Source of the DNA: Caecitellus pseudoparvulus
Taxonomy: Eukaryota; Protista; Bigyra: Bicosoecida
Assembly (NCBI GenBank): GCA_965644315.1
Contig: CBFFRQ010000069.1
Coordinates: forward strand, 186,001 to 250,000
Reading direction: 5' to 3'
DNA: 64,000 nt
The position numbers were made by a program, and so were the translations under genes. The notes beneath the pieces are model-generated. The model did no database searches. It had not been told where the DNA came from and saw only the letters and a list, made by a program, of their open reading frames with translations. Below are positions 36,267-47,123 of the stretch, one piece after another. Every line of letters starts with the position of its first letter. Within the stretch, counting starts at the first letter, position 1.

Positions 36267-37310
36267 TCACCGCTCAGCCAAGCTCCTGGCCACGTCCACC
36301 GCCGCATACGTGACGACGCCGTCAGCGCCGGCACGCTTGAAGCCCAAGAGCACCTCCTCCATGCACGCGTCTGCGTCCAGCCAGCCCCTCTCGCCGGCAG
36401 CCTTCACCATGGCGTACTCCCCCGACACGTGGTAAGCGAAGAGCGGCACGCCGGGGAAGGCGCCAGCCACGGCCGCCGTCACGTCCAGGTAGGGCAAGCC
36501 TGGCTTGACCATGACCATGTCCGCGCCCTCTTCCACATCTTGGGCCACTTCTCGGAGGGCCTCCTTCACATTGGCGGGGTCTTGCTGGTACGTGGCCTTG
36601 CCCCGGGGTCCAGCAGCAGAGGCCAGGGAGGAACCGGAGCCGACGGCGTCACGGAAGGGGCCGTAGAAGGCGGAGGCATACTTGGCAGCATAGGACATGA
36701 TCATGGTGTTGGGGTGCCCCTCCCCTTCCAGTGCTGAGCGAATGCTGCCGATGCGGCCGTCCTGCATGTCCGAAGGCGCCACGACATCCGCACCTGCTCG
36801 CGCAAACAGCAGCGCCTGCTGTGTCAGCAAGTCCACAGATGCGTCGTTGTCAACGATGGTGGTGTCACCCCCCGGACATGGCCGTGGGTGTGCTGCCAGT
36901 ACGCCGTCGTGCCCATGGGACGTGTAGGGGTCCAGGGCGACATCAGCCATGATGCCGACGTGAGGCGCAGCTTCCTTCACGACGCTGATGGCGCGGCACA
37001 TCAGGTTGTCAGGGTTCAACGCCTCGGAGCCCCGCTCATCCTTCAGGTCACTTGGGGTCACTGGGAACAGGGCAATCATGGGGATGCCCAGCGCAGCTGC
37101 CTCCTGCACAGCCGCACCGAGACTGCCCAGCGTGTGCCGCACGACGCCAGGCAAGGAGGGAATGGCTTCCGGGGCCCCAGAGCCTTCCTTGACAAAGACG
37201 GGCCACACAAGGTCCGATGGCGACAGGCTGTTTTCTCTCACCATGGCCCTGCTCCATGGGTTCATGCGCACACGCCGCAGGCGAGCGGCAGGGAACCGGC
37301 CGACAGCCAT
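36267..37310 (-). CDS. hemB: Porphobilinogen synthase (ALA dehydratase), proteobacterial type
   Basis: RLRRVR, DVALDPYTSHGHDG, APSDMQDGRI, SYAAKYASAFYGPFRDA, MVKPG, YHVSGEYAM; intronless. Confidence 0.97.
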   Translation of the reverse strand: MAVGRFPAARLRRVRMNPWSRAMVRENSLSPSDLVWPVFVKEGSGAPEAIPSLPGVVRHTLGSLGAAVQEAAALGIPMIALFPVTPSDLKDERGSEALNPDNLMCRAISVVKEAAPHVGIMADVALDPYTSHGHDGVLAAHPRPCPGGDTTIVDNDASVDLLTQQALLFARAGADVVAPSDMQDGRIGSIRSALEGEGHPNTMIMSYAAKYASAFYGPFRDAVGSGSSLASAAGPRGKATYQQDPANVKEALREVAQDVEEGADMVMVKPGLPYLDVTAAVAGAFPGVPLFAYHVSGEYAMVKAAGERGWLDADACMEEVLLGFKRAGADGVVTYAAVDVARSLAER

Positions 37311-37513
37311 GGAGTTTCAGCGGCGTTTCCTCTGTGCACCGAGCACCGTGCCGTTTTGCCACAGCTACTGGTCTGATGGGGGGATCCAGGGAGAAGCACG
37401 AATGTGTGGTGTTCATGGCCTCTGTTTTGGTGCCTCGCACTTGCGCATAGCTGTTGACCGGCACAAGCGCCGATGCCCCCCGCAAGAAGGAAGTCGAACC
37501 CGGTGCTTGCCGC

Positions 37514-37556
37514 ATTGCAATTCGGACGATGCAGACAAATATTGACATCTCAATAT
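37514..37556. promoter_or_regulatory. AT-rich dyad elements in the divergent hemB/CCP promoter
   Basis: ATATTGA-CATC-TCAATAT (37539-37556) and ATTGCAAT (37514-37521). Confidence 0.3.
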
Positions 37557-37659
37557 CATACATGCTCGTACCTGCATCCAAACCTGCCCTCCGCCTCGCC
37601 GTGTCAAGACACGCACCGCTTTGAGTGTGCTTCAAGCCTCCACCACGCCCATTTGCACC

Positions 37660-38931
37660 ATGCTCGGCCGCACCGCAGTCCGAGCCTTGCAGGCAACTGC
37701 CGCTCGGCCAGCCATCATGGGGGGTAAGTTCTTGTTGCACCCCGTTCGTGCAGCCCCCTGCGCTGGCGTGTGCACCGGTGGCTCGAGCATCAAGTGAAGG
37801 CGTGGTGGGCGTCAGCTGAGCAGTGAGCACTGTCAAGCATGTTGCCCCACCCGCACAAGCCCCATGCGCCCCCACCCTTGCACAGTCACTGCTGCTCGCA
37901 CAATGGCCACTAGCTCTGGCGGAAGCTCCGTGCGTCTGCCCCCTTGCCGCGCACCTCGTAAAGCTTCGGAGATGCCACACAGAATTCTCTGTGCTCCCAT
38001 TGCACAGACCGGCATGCTGCTCGGACTGGGCGCAGCAGCTGTCGGAGGGTACGTGCTGTACACCCAGATGTTTCAAGACCAGCTGGCAGGCACCCCCAGC
38101 GCCGGCAGCGTCGACTACGCCGCCGTGCGTAAGGACGTGGAGAAGCTGATTGAGGAGGACGACCTGCGAGGGCCGCTCCTCGTGCGCTTGGCGTGGCACG
38201 CCTCAGGCACGTATAGCGCCAAGGACGGCAGCGGCGGCTCGGAGGGTGCCACCATGCGCTTCTCCCCTGAGTGCAACTGGGGCGCCAACGCCGGCCTGGA
38301 CAAGGCCCGCAAGCTGCTGGAGCCACTGAAGGAGAAGTACCCGGGCATCACCTACGCTGACCTGTGGACGCTGGCGGGGGCACAGGCCATCGAGACCATG
38401 TCCGGGCCTGCCGTGCAGTGGCGGCCCGGGCGCACGGATGCGCCTGAGCCAGGCACCAAGGCGGACCCCGCCAAGTGCCAGCGCCCCAAGACCATCGTGG
38501 AGGACGGGCGCCTGCCTGACGCATCCCAGGGCGCCCAGCACCTGCGTGACATCTTCCACCGCATGGGCTTCAACGACCAGGAGATTGTGGCGCTGTCTGG
38601 CGCCCACGCCCTGGGCTTCTGTCACACGGACCGGTCTGGGTACCTTGGGCCATGGACCCGCGCCCCCACCACGTTCAGCAACATGTACTTCACCGAGCTG
38701 AAGGGGCAGGAGTGGGTGGACAAGTCCACGGTGGACAAGTCTTGGAAGGGCCCCTTCCAGTACGTGGACAAGGCCACCGGGGAGCTGATGATGCTGCCCA
38801 CTGATGTGGCCCTCCTGCACGACGCCGAGTTCAAGAAGTGGGTGGATGTGTACGCCGAGGACGCGGAGCGCTTTGAGGCAGACTTCGCCAAGGTCTTCGG
38901 CCGCCTGCTGGAGTTGGGTGTGAAGTTTTGA
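37660..38931 (+). CDS. CCP1: Mitochondrial cytochrome c peroxidase (class I heme peroxidase)
   Basis: Presequence [11 protein letters not shown] plus a TM segment; distal [10 protein letters not shown]; proximal ALSGAHALG; radical Trp in GPWT; LMMLPTD; two introns. Confidence 0.93.
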
Positions 38932-38954
38932 ATGCACACGCTGCTCTGCATTGC

Positions 38955-39540
38955 CTACACGCGCTCTGCAGCCGACAAAAAGGTGCGAGCTACCGCGCCA
39001 GCACGCGCGTTGAGGGAGATCTTCAGGCTGGAGATCTCCTTGTCCACCTCCTCCATGAAGGTGATGATGAAGTCGATCAGCTTGTGCTTCCACATGCTGT
39101 CCAGGTGCCTGTTCGTGATGAGAAAGGACAGGTCGTAGCCCTTGACAGGGCGCCGCCGCAGGACGAGGAACTGCTCAGCTCGCTGCATGAGGAAGCGGCA
39201 AAACCAGCCAGCCAGCAGCTTGTCCATGCTGTCCAGCTGCCTGATCTTCAGGCTCACGCGCACGCTGTTCACGCTGCTCTCCATGAGCACTCGCTGGTCT
39301 TGGTTCCGGGCCACGACGAGGGGGGTAAGCAGCAGCTCCTTGTTCAGCCTGCGCAGCGCGAGGGGCTCTGGCGTGCAAGTGCACTGCACCACGCCAGCTG
39401 CCACCGCCTGGCTCTCACCGCGTCTCCACCTCTGGCTTGTTGTGGCGCTCCACCTTGGGGGATGGAAAGTTAGTCACACACAGGCATGCTTCGAGGGAAG
39501 CGCGCACTGCGTCCAAATACGACTTGAGGGTGATGGCCAT
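38955..39540 (-). CDS. ARPC4: Arp2/3 complex subunit 4
   Basis: [54 protein letters not shown]; one intron. Confidence 0.97.
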
Positions 39541-39933
39541 GCCTGGCAGATGGCGAGGACTGGCTCAAAGCGGGGAGATCCGCACCCAGGCCACAGGCCG
39601 GCACAGGAGGAGAGAGCTGCCGCACGTGGGCTGATAGACGATGTAAGGTGTGTGAGACGGCCCGACTCTTTGTCTTGTCGTTCGTCATGTGTGCAGCCTT
39701 GCTGAGTGCAAGGAGGGCGCGAGTGATGACGCACGTACGCCGTCCCTGTCTCGGGGGATGAGGAAGGGGGCTGCAAACTTGCGCTGAAAGGGGCCACTGC
39801 AGATTGGCCTCCAGAACGCAAGCCACAGCTCGACTCTAGGGTGACTTGCCCCGCCTTGCATCGCCTCCCACGCGGCCAGCACCCGGCAAAGTCAGGTTGG
39901 GTGGAGTGTAGACTCCCCGCCCTTTTCCCTGCC

Positions 39934-42900
39934 ATGGCGGCCTCACAAGATGCCACGCACGACAAGACGCGCTCCTCAGCTAGCGATGTCCAAGAGGATC
40001 CCATGAATGAGTGGGGCTCTTTGTGGAACCTGCTGTGCTTTGGGCAAGCCTTTGCAGCAGGTACGGGCAAGCATGCGCGTGTCAAAGCGCCGAGCCAGCC
40101 CACAGTGCATCCTGCTTGCCCGTGACTTTTACAGTGCGGCACTCTAGCAAGGAAACGCTGAAGCCATCTGATCTCCGGGAACTGTCTCCACTTGTGCGTG
40201 CATTGACCTGCTGCCTGACGGAATGTTGCGGTGGTTCGTTGCGGGCCAGATTCCGCAGCCCCCCGCCGGCCCCGCCAGGCACCCTCCCGGCTCTGCCTCC
40301 TCTCAGGGACGATGGGACACGGCAGCCGACTTGCACCGACGTCTGGAAGCTGCGCCGGGTGCATCCCTAGCATCCCAACTCGCTGACACGATGAAGTGGC
40401 CCTTGCTGGGCTCTGGTCTGCTCGTGGCCGCCTTCGCAGCCTGCAACTTGGTGCTGCCCGTGCTCATCGGCTACTTCATCACGGCCATCCAAGAGAAGGC
40501 AGATGACGGCTGGAAGTGGGCAGCCATCATTGCCGTCGTCAAGCTGGCGTCCAACGTCTCAGACCAGCTGCAGCAGCACATCGGCTGGCGCCTGGGGCAG
40601 CGAGTGCGAGCCACCATTATCGCGGCTGTGTACCGGGCTGCACTGGTCGCTGCACCAGCCGGCACGTTGCCAGGAAGTGACACACCCAGCGGCGATTCCC
40701 CACCTTCTGATTCCAGTGCTGAGCTGCTGAACCTGGTCTCCAACGACGCGCAGAAGCTGCTGGAGGTGACGCCCCTCATCCACCAAGCCTGGGCGGCGCC
40801 AGTCATGATCCTCGTCGCTGCTGCCATGCTGCTGGTGATCTTGGGGCCCGCTGCCCTGGCTGGCATTGCCACCTTCGTCGTGCTGGCGCCCCTGAACGTG
40901 GCCGTGTTGAAACGCTTCAACACACTGCGCGGGCAGCACCTGCAGCAGACGGATGAACGGGTGACACTGCTCTCCGAAGCCATCCGCTCCATGCGCATGA
41001 TCAAGTACTTCGCCTGGGAGCGCCCCCTGTACCAAGCCCTCTCTGGCGTGCGCGACGCAGAGCTGGCCTTCGTGGGCAAGGAGTTGTCCTTGTTCGCAGT
41101 GAACATCTCCCTCATGATCACCTTCCCCGTGTGGGCCACGTCAATCGGCCTGTCCATCTACGCCCTCGGCAACAACCTCACCGCCTCGAACGCCTTCACA
41201 GCCCTCCTGTACTTTGCTGTCCTGCGCTTCCCGCTGCAGCAGCTGGGCATGGTGTCTGCTGCTGCCGTGCAGGCTCGCGTCGCGCTGTGGCGGCTGCAAA
41301 CCGTCATGCAAGCTCGGCAAGTGGAGCTTGCGGCCCGTGCGACAGCTGCGGAGCAGGCAGGTGCCCAAGTACAAGCTGGATCGGCCCTGCCTGGACCCCA
41401 AGCTGTCGGCACGTTCCCAGCTCAGGGCGCCTTCCTGCTCACACGAGGCAATGGCGCCTACCAGCGCTGGATCCCTCGAAACCAGCTGAGCGAGCTGCGA
41501 ACCAAGCTGCCTGAGCCAAGCACTGGGGCTGTTCCGGAAACCAACGCACAGGAGCTGCAAGCCTGCCTGGATGCCGCCACACCTGACCTTCCGGACAGCC
41601 CCGCTATTGACGTTCGCAGTGCCGTGTTCGCGTGGACTGCCGATCCCCAATCCGCTCCTGAGGACGCCATCGTCGAAGCAGCGACCAGTGTCCCAGCGCA
41701 GCTGAGCCGGGGGCACTCTGACGGCAGCGATGCAGGCTCTGGCCACTTCACTGTGCGGGACCTGAGTCTGCAGGTGTACCCTGGGCAGCTGCTGGCCGTG
41801 GTGGGCCCAGTGGGCGCAGGCAAGTCCACCCTCGTTGCTGGCCTACTGGGAGAGTGCTGGAACCATGGCCCCGCCCCAACAGTGGTGCGCGGAGGTCTGG
41901 CGTATGTGCCGCAGACGGCGTGGATCATGAACGCCAGCGTGCGCGACAACATCACCTTCGGCCGACCCATGAACCCTGCAGCATACCGAGCCGTGCTGTG
42001 GGCCTCTGCCCTGCTTGAAGACCTGCAAATCATGCCGGGTGGCGATGAGACGGTCATTGGGGAGCTGGGCGTTACGCTGTCGGGGGGGCAGCAGCAGCGC
42101 TGCAGCCTGGCTCGTGCAGCGTACGCTTGTTTAGTGCCTGGCGCCTCCCCTGACGAGCCACGTGCCACTGTGCTGTTGGCAGACGACCCACTCAGTGCAC
42201 TGGACGCGCACACAGGCGCCACAGTGTTCCAGCGCATGTTCTCCAAACATGGCCTGCTGCGCGGCACGGCGCGTGTGCTTGTGACACATGCCATCCAGTA
42301 CGTCCCCCACGCCACGACGGTGCTGGCCTTGCGTCAAGGCCGCACAGTGTGTTGCCAGTCCTTTGCAGGGCTTGCTGCGTCTGTTGCCGCTGAGCTGCAG
42401 GGTGGGGCGCCCACGCGGCGCGCCGCAGATCTGGCGTGGCTGCAGGAGTCTGTGCTGGATGCCGTCGCGGAGGCAGGCGGGCACGGCGCCGGCACGGAGT
42501 CAGTGCTGCCGGAATCCCCCACAGAGGACACCGCCCCCGACCCACCCCTCGTCTTGCCCACCCTGCACGACCTGAACGTGGACTTGACCCACACAGACGA
42601 TGCCGCTCTCATGACGGAGGAGGAGCAGCGCGATGGCAACGTCACGTGGGAGGTGCTCATGGCGTGGGTCAAGGCAGGCGGCGGCGGCGGCACGCTCGTC
42701 GCCATCATCGCAGTGCTGGTCCTGGAGCGCGCCTCCTTTGTGCTGGTGGATTGGTGGCTTGCGAACTGGACCTCCGCTGCGGACGGCGTGAACCAGCGCC
42801 CCCTCCCTGGCATGCCCGTGCTGACAGAGTCCAGCCGCCGCAACTACTACGTGCCGGGGTATCTGTTGCTCACCCTGGTCATGACGGTCTTTGTGGTCCT

Positions 42901-44767
42901 GCGCTGCCTGTCCTGGGCGTGGGTGGGCAGCATCGCAGCCCGCTCACTGCAGGACGGCATGCTGAAACGCATCCTGCGAGCGCCCGTGTCCTTCTTCGAC
43001 ACGACGCCTGCCGGGCGCATCATCTCACGCTGCTCCCATGACGTGGAGGTGGTGGACTTCATCCTCGTGCGGAATCTCATGGCAGCGGCCGCATCCGTGG
43101 GGTGGATGGTGTCTGGCATCGCCACCATGTGCGCCGTCACGCCCCTTGCCTCCGCCGTCCTGCTGCCCGTCCTCGTCGCTTTCTTCTTCCTGCAGTCTTA
43201 TGCACGCTCTGCCCTGCGCGACCTGCAGCGCGTCGACAACATCTCCAGGTCGCCCATCACAGCCCACCTGTCCGAGACGCTGGCAGGTGGCGCCAGCATC
43301 CGGGCGTACGGCCCTGCGGCCTGCACACGCTTTGTGCGCCGCGCAGACGAGCTGACAGACGCGAACTCCTCCGCTCTGGCGGCCCTGAAGAACGTCAACC
43401 GGTGGCTGGGAATCCGTGTCGACCTCATGAGCACCGCCATCACCGTGGCGGTGGCGCTGGCCAGCTGGCTGGCGAGGGAGAACCTGCCGGAGGGCCTGGC
43501 TGGCCTCTCCATCATGTGGTCCTTCAACGTCACGGTGTCTCTCACCTTCTTCATCCTCTTCGGTGTGGAGGCCGAGAGCAAGCTCGTGTCGGTGGAGCGC
43601 ATCCAGCACTACACTGACACAGTCGTGCCTGAGGCGCCCCTGTACGCGCCGTGCCCCTCGGAGCTGGCCACACCTGCCGCGGCTAGCAAGGACACCACGG
43701 CACTCCCACCCGCCCTGGCGCAGGCGCTGGTGGCCGACCTGGCACAAGATGCACCCGCACGGCCACAGGCCAGCCTCGTCCAAGTGCAGGGCGGGGCCGG
43801 CGCCCTGGGTGTGCCGCCTGCAGCCTGGCCCCAACGCGGTCAGGTGGAGTTCCAGGATGTGCAGCTGCGGTACCGGCCTGGGCTGCCCCTGGCGCTCAAG
43901 AACATGACCTTCTCCGTCCCGCCTGGGACGCACGTGGGCATCTGCGGCCGCACTGGCGCTGGCAAGAGCAGCATCTCGGTGGCGCTGTTCCGCCTCGTGG
44001 AGCTGGCAGGCGGCAGCATTTCCGTGGATGGCGTGCCCCTGCACACCATCGGGCTGTCATACCTTCGAGGCCAGCGGGGCGGCATCTGCATTGTGCCGCA
44101 GGCTCCCACCCTCATGCGTGCCACAGTGAGGGAGAACCTGGACAGGTTTGTCGAGTTCGACGATGCCGCCATCGGGGAAGCGCTCGCCGCGGTCGGCATG
44201 CTGCGCAAGTGTGCACGGGTTTCACGTGCTGCGGGCGACACAGCGGAGGCGACCCCCTCCCCTGATGGAGACGCCATTGATGTGGATGCAGTGGAGGTGT
44301 CGCTGGCAGCTGACGGCGGTCGCTCCGACACACTGGCTGCAGCCTTGGCATGCAAGGTGGAGGCGGGGGGTGGGAACTTCTCGGTTGGCGAGGCCCAACT
44401 GCTGTGCCTGGCGCGCGCCCTGCTGCGGCGGCCCAAGGTGCTGGTGATGGACGAAGCATCGGCGTCTGTGGACTCTCAAACTGAGACGCGGCTGGTGGAG
44501 ACGGTGCGGCAGCGATTCCAAGGCACGACCGTGCTCACCATCGCCCACCGCCTCTTCACCCTGGTGCACTCCCATCGAATCTTGCTGCTGAAGGAAGGCG
44601 CTGTTCTAGAGTACGACACGCCTTCTGCCTTGCTGGCGGACAGCAGCTCCCACTTTTCGTCCCTGGTGGATGCCATGGGGCCGGAGCCGGCGGCGTCCTT
44701 CCGTGCGCAAGTCCAGGCGGTCAAGGAAGGGGGGGGCGCACATGCCTCTGGAAGTGCAGGGCCGTAA
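39934..44767 (+). CDS. ABCC/MRP full-length ABC transporter (no TMD0)
   Basis: Two short 5' exons encode a lasso-like motif. TMD1, NBD1 (GPVGAGKS, LSGGQ, LADDPLSALDAH), TMD2 (FFDTTPAGRI), NBD2 (GRTGAGKSS, FSVGE, MDEA, IAHRL). Confidence 0.96.
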
Positions 44768-44868
44768 TGCCCCGTCCAGATTCAAAATACATGCATGCAT
44801 GTTTTGTGCAAGTGTGTAGCAGGGTACTCGCCCGCCACTGCCTCGGAACCTCGGCGCGCCTTGTTGCC

Positions 44869-46987
44869 ATGGCTCGGGCAGCAGAAGCGCCAGCGATACC
44901 GTGTGACTTACAAGACGCTGCGGATACAGGCGTGCAGGTGCCAGAAGGCAGGCAAGAAGGCGACTTGCGCATTCTCGACGATGGCAAGATTGTGTGGACA
45001 AGTAGCCATGTTCCTGATCAGCGCCTGGTGCTGAAGCTGGGCAGGGTGCACAGTACGTTTCATGGCGAAACCCCAAGCATGTGCCTGGCGCAGCCCCTGC
45101 CTGCGCCGGACATTTGCAGGTGTCGTTAAGAAGCGCAACATGGTCAAGCTGACCTTCACTCCGAAAAAGGGCGGCCCAGGGATTATCTTCACGTTCTTTG
45201 GAGCAGGAAGACAGCCAAACCAGGAACTGGCCACGACGGCAAAAGATCTGCTGGTGGCAGCACACCGAGATGCGCACGGCGCAGGGCCACCCCAGCGCCA
45301 AGGTGGATCGGCCCAGCTGGCCAGTGCGTCCACAGCCTCGACACGTGCCCCTCAAGGCATGGACGTCGTCTCCGTCCTGGGGGGCCAGAAGCGAGGACGC
45401 CCTGTGGAGTCGGCCCCGCCAGCACCCACCCTGCCCCAACACCGACGCGAGGAGCTGCAAGCACAGGTGCTCCGAGAGAACCCCAAGGTAGCAGAAGACC
45501 ATGCCGCACTGGTGGCGACAGGGGTGGTGTCGGCAGAGTCCTTCTGGCGGCAACGGGAAGCCTTCGTGCAGCGCCTGCTGCTCCGCCTGCAGCAAAAGCA
45601 GTCCCTGCCGTCTGCCCTGCCCCATGAGACACACGTCGAGCAGCAGGGCAACACCATCAAGCCAAAAATGACGCCTGAGAAGCAGATGCACATATTCGCC
45701 GGCGAACCTGCCACCCTCGGCGCATACAAGCGCCTGGTGCAGCAGGGCTCCCTCACGCCGCAGGGGTTTTGGGATGCCTACTTCCGTGCCCTGCACGTAA
45801 AGAAGGAGCTGGAGGCGGAGGAGGAAGTCAGCGAAGTGTTCACAGCACAGGTGAAGCAGCAGCGTGTTGCGGCTTGCGAATGGCCTGACCCCTTCTTCCG
45901 GCAGCTTGCCCTGGGGGCCACCGAGCAGCCCCCCACCACTCCATCCCAGCCTGTGGCAGAGAGCTTCGACCTTCAAGCCACGGAGGAGGAAGTGCTCACT
46001 GGTCATGGTCGGGGGTATGGCACGCGGGAGGGGACTGCTCTGTACCACGACGTGGCGGTGCACGAGGAGAGCCAGGTAGCCGGGCAGAGCGGCGAGGCGG
46101 CGGCCCGCGCAGTCCACCGGCTTGGCGTCAAGCAGCGCAGGGTGGCGAACATTGTGCGTGAGCACAACACATACAGCAGTTTTGTGATGCAGGGCGGGGG
46201 GGCTGGGGGCTCCCAGCCTTCTCCGCCGCTGCCCGGCGAACGGCAAACTGACCCCGCCGCCGACGACAGCCACATGCCCCTGCGGGACCTGGTCAAGCCT
46301 GCCGGCACTGCCTTCGTGCCGGTGCACCGGACCCTGCCAGTGTCAAGCACCCCTGGCACCCCCCTGGCACCCACACCTGCGCCGCAAGGGGCTCCTTCCC
46401 TCGCCAGCCTAGTCGAGTTAGGCACGCTGCCTCAAACTGTGAGTGAGGCAGCAGCGGCAAGTGCCATCGTGTCTAGCATGAAGGACTGCAGTCGGACCCA
46501 TGATGCACGGCGGAGGGATGGCCAGGGGTACAGGCTGCGGGGACCACCTGAGCTGCGCCAGGCGGTGCTGTCTGCTGCGCTGAACAGCTCCGAGGTGCTG
46601 CGGGAGCTGTGGAGTGCGGTGTTGGCAGGGGATGCACCCAGGGTGCCTGCTGCCACTCACAAGGCAGCATCCAAGGTGTGGCAGTGCCTCAAGTCCATCA
46701 AGGGGAAGCTTGACGCTGTCGGAACAGCCTTGAAACAGGAAGGCGGCAGGGGCGTGCAACTGGCCATGCAGGAAGCAGCAGCGTTCCGCAAATCCTTGTC
46801 CGCACCCCTCATTTGCGGACTCGTACGGTACGCCAGCTTGTGTGAGAGCCGTGGGGTAGCGCCAGTGGTTGATTTGAAGGCAGCCCTCCGCGTGGCCAAG
46901 TTTCTGCGAATCTCGGCGCCAGGCCTGGATGAGTGGATTGCAACGCACCCTGAAGCAGCTCTGCCGGCGCCTGTGAGTCAATCTTGA
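44869..46987 (+). CDS. GTF2H1: TFIIH p62 subunit-like (PH plus two BSD domains)
   Basis: N-terminal PH-like region; BSD1 LRENPKVAEDHAALVATGVVSAESFW; BSD2 MTPEKQMHIF..P...AY....LTPQGFWDAYF; EVLRELWS. Confidence 0.75.
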
Positions 46988-47123
46988 CTCGGCGCCGCGC
47001 CGCTCAACCTAATGCAGCGAAAACAACAATCCAGCAAATCACACCCACATACTTGTACCATGCAGATCTCCTGGGCAGGGCTTGTGGGTGAACCCTCTCG
47101 TTGTTGGCCGTAGCCCTCGAGAC

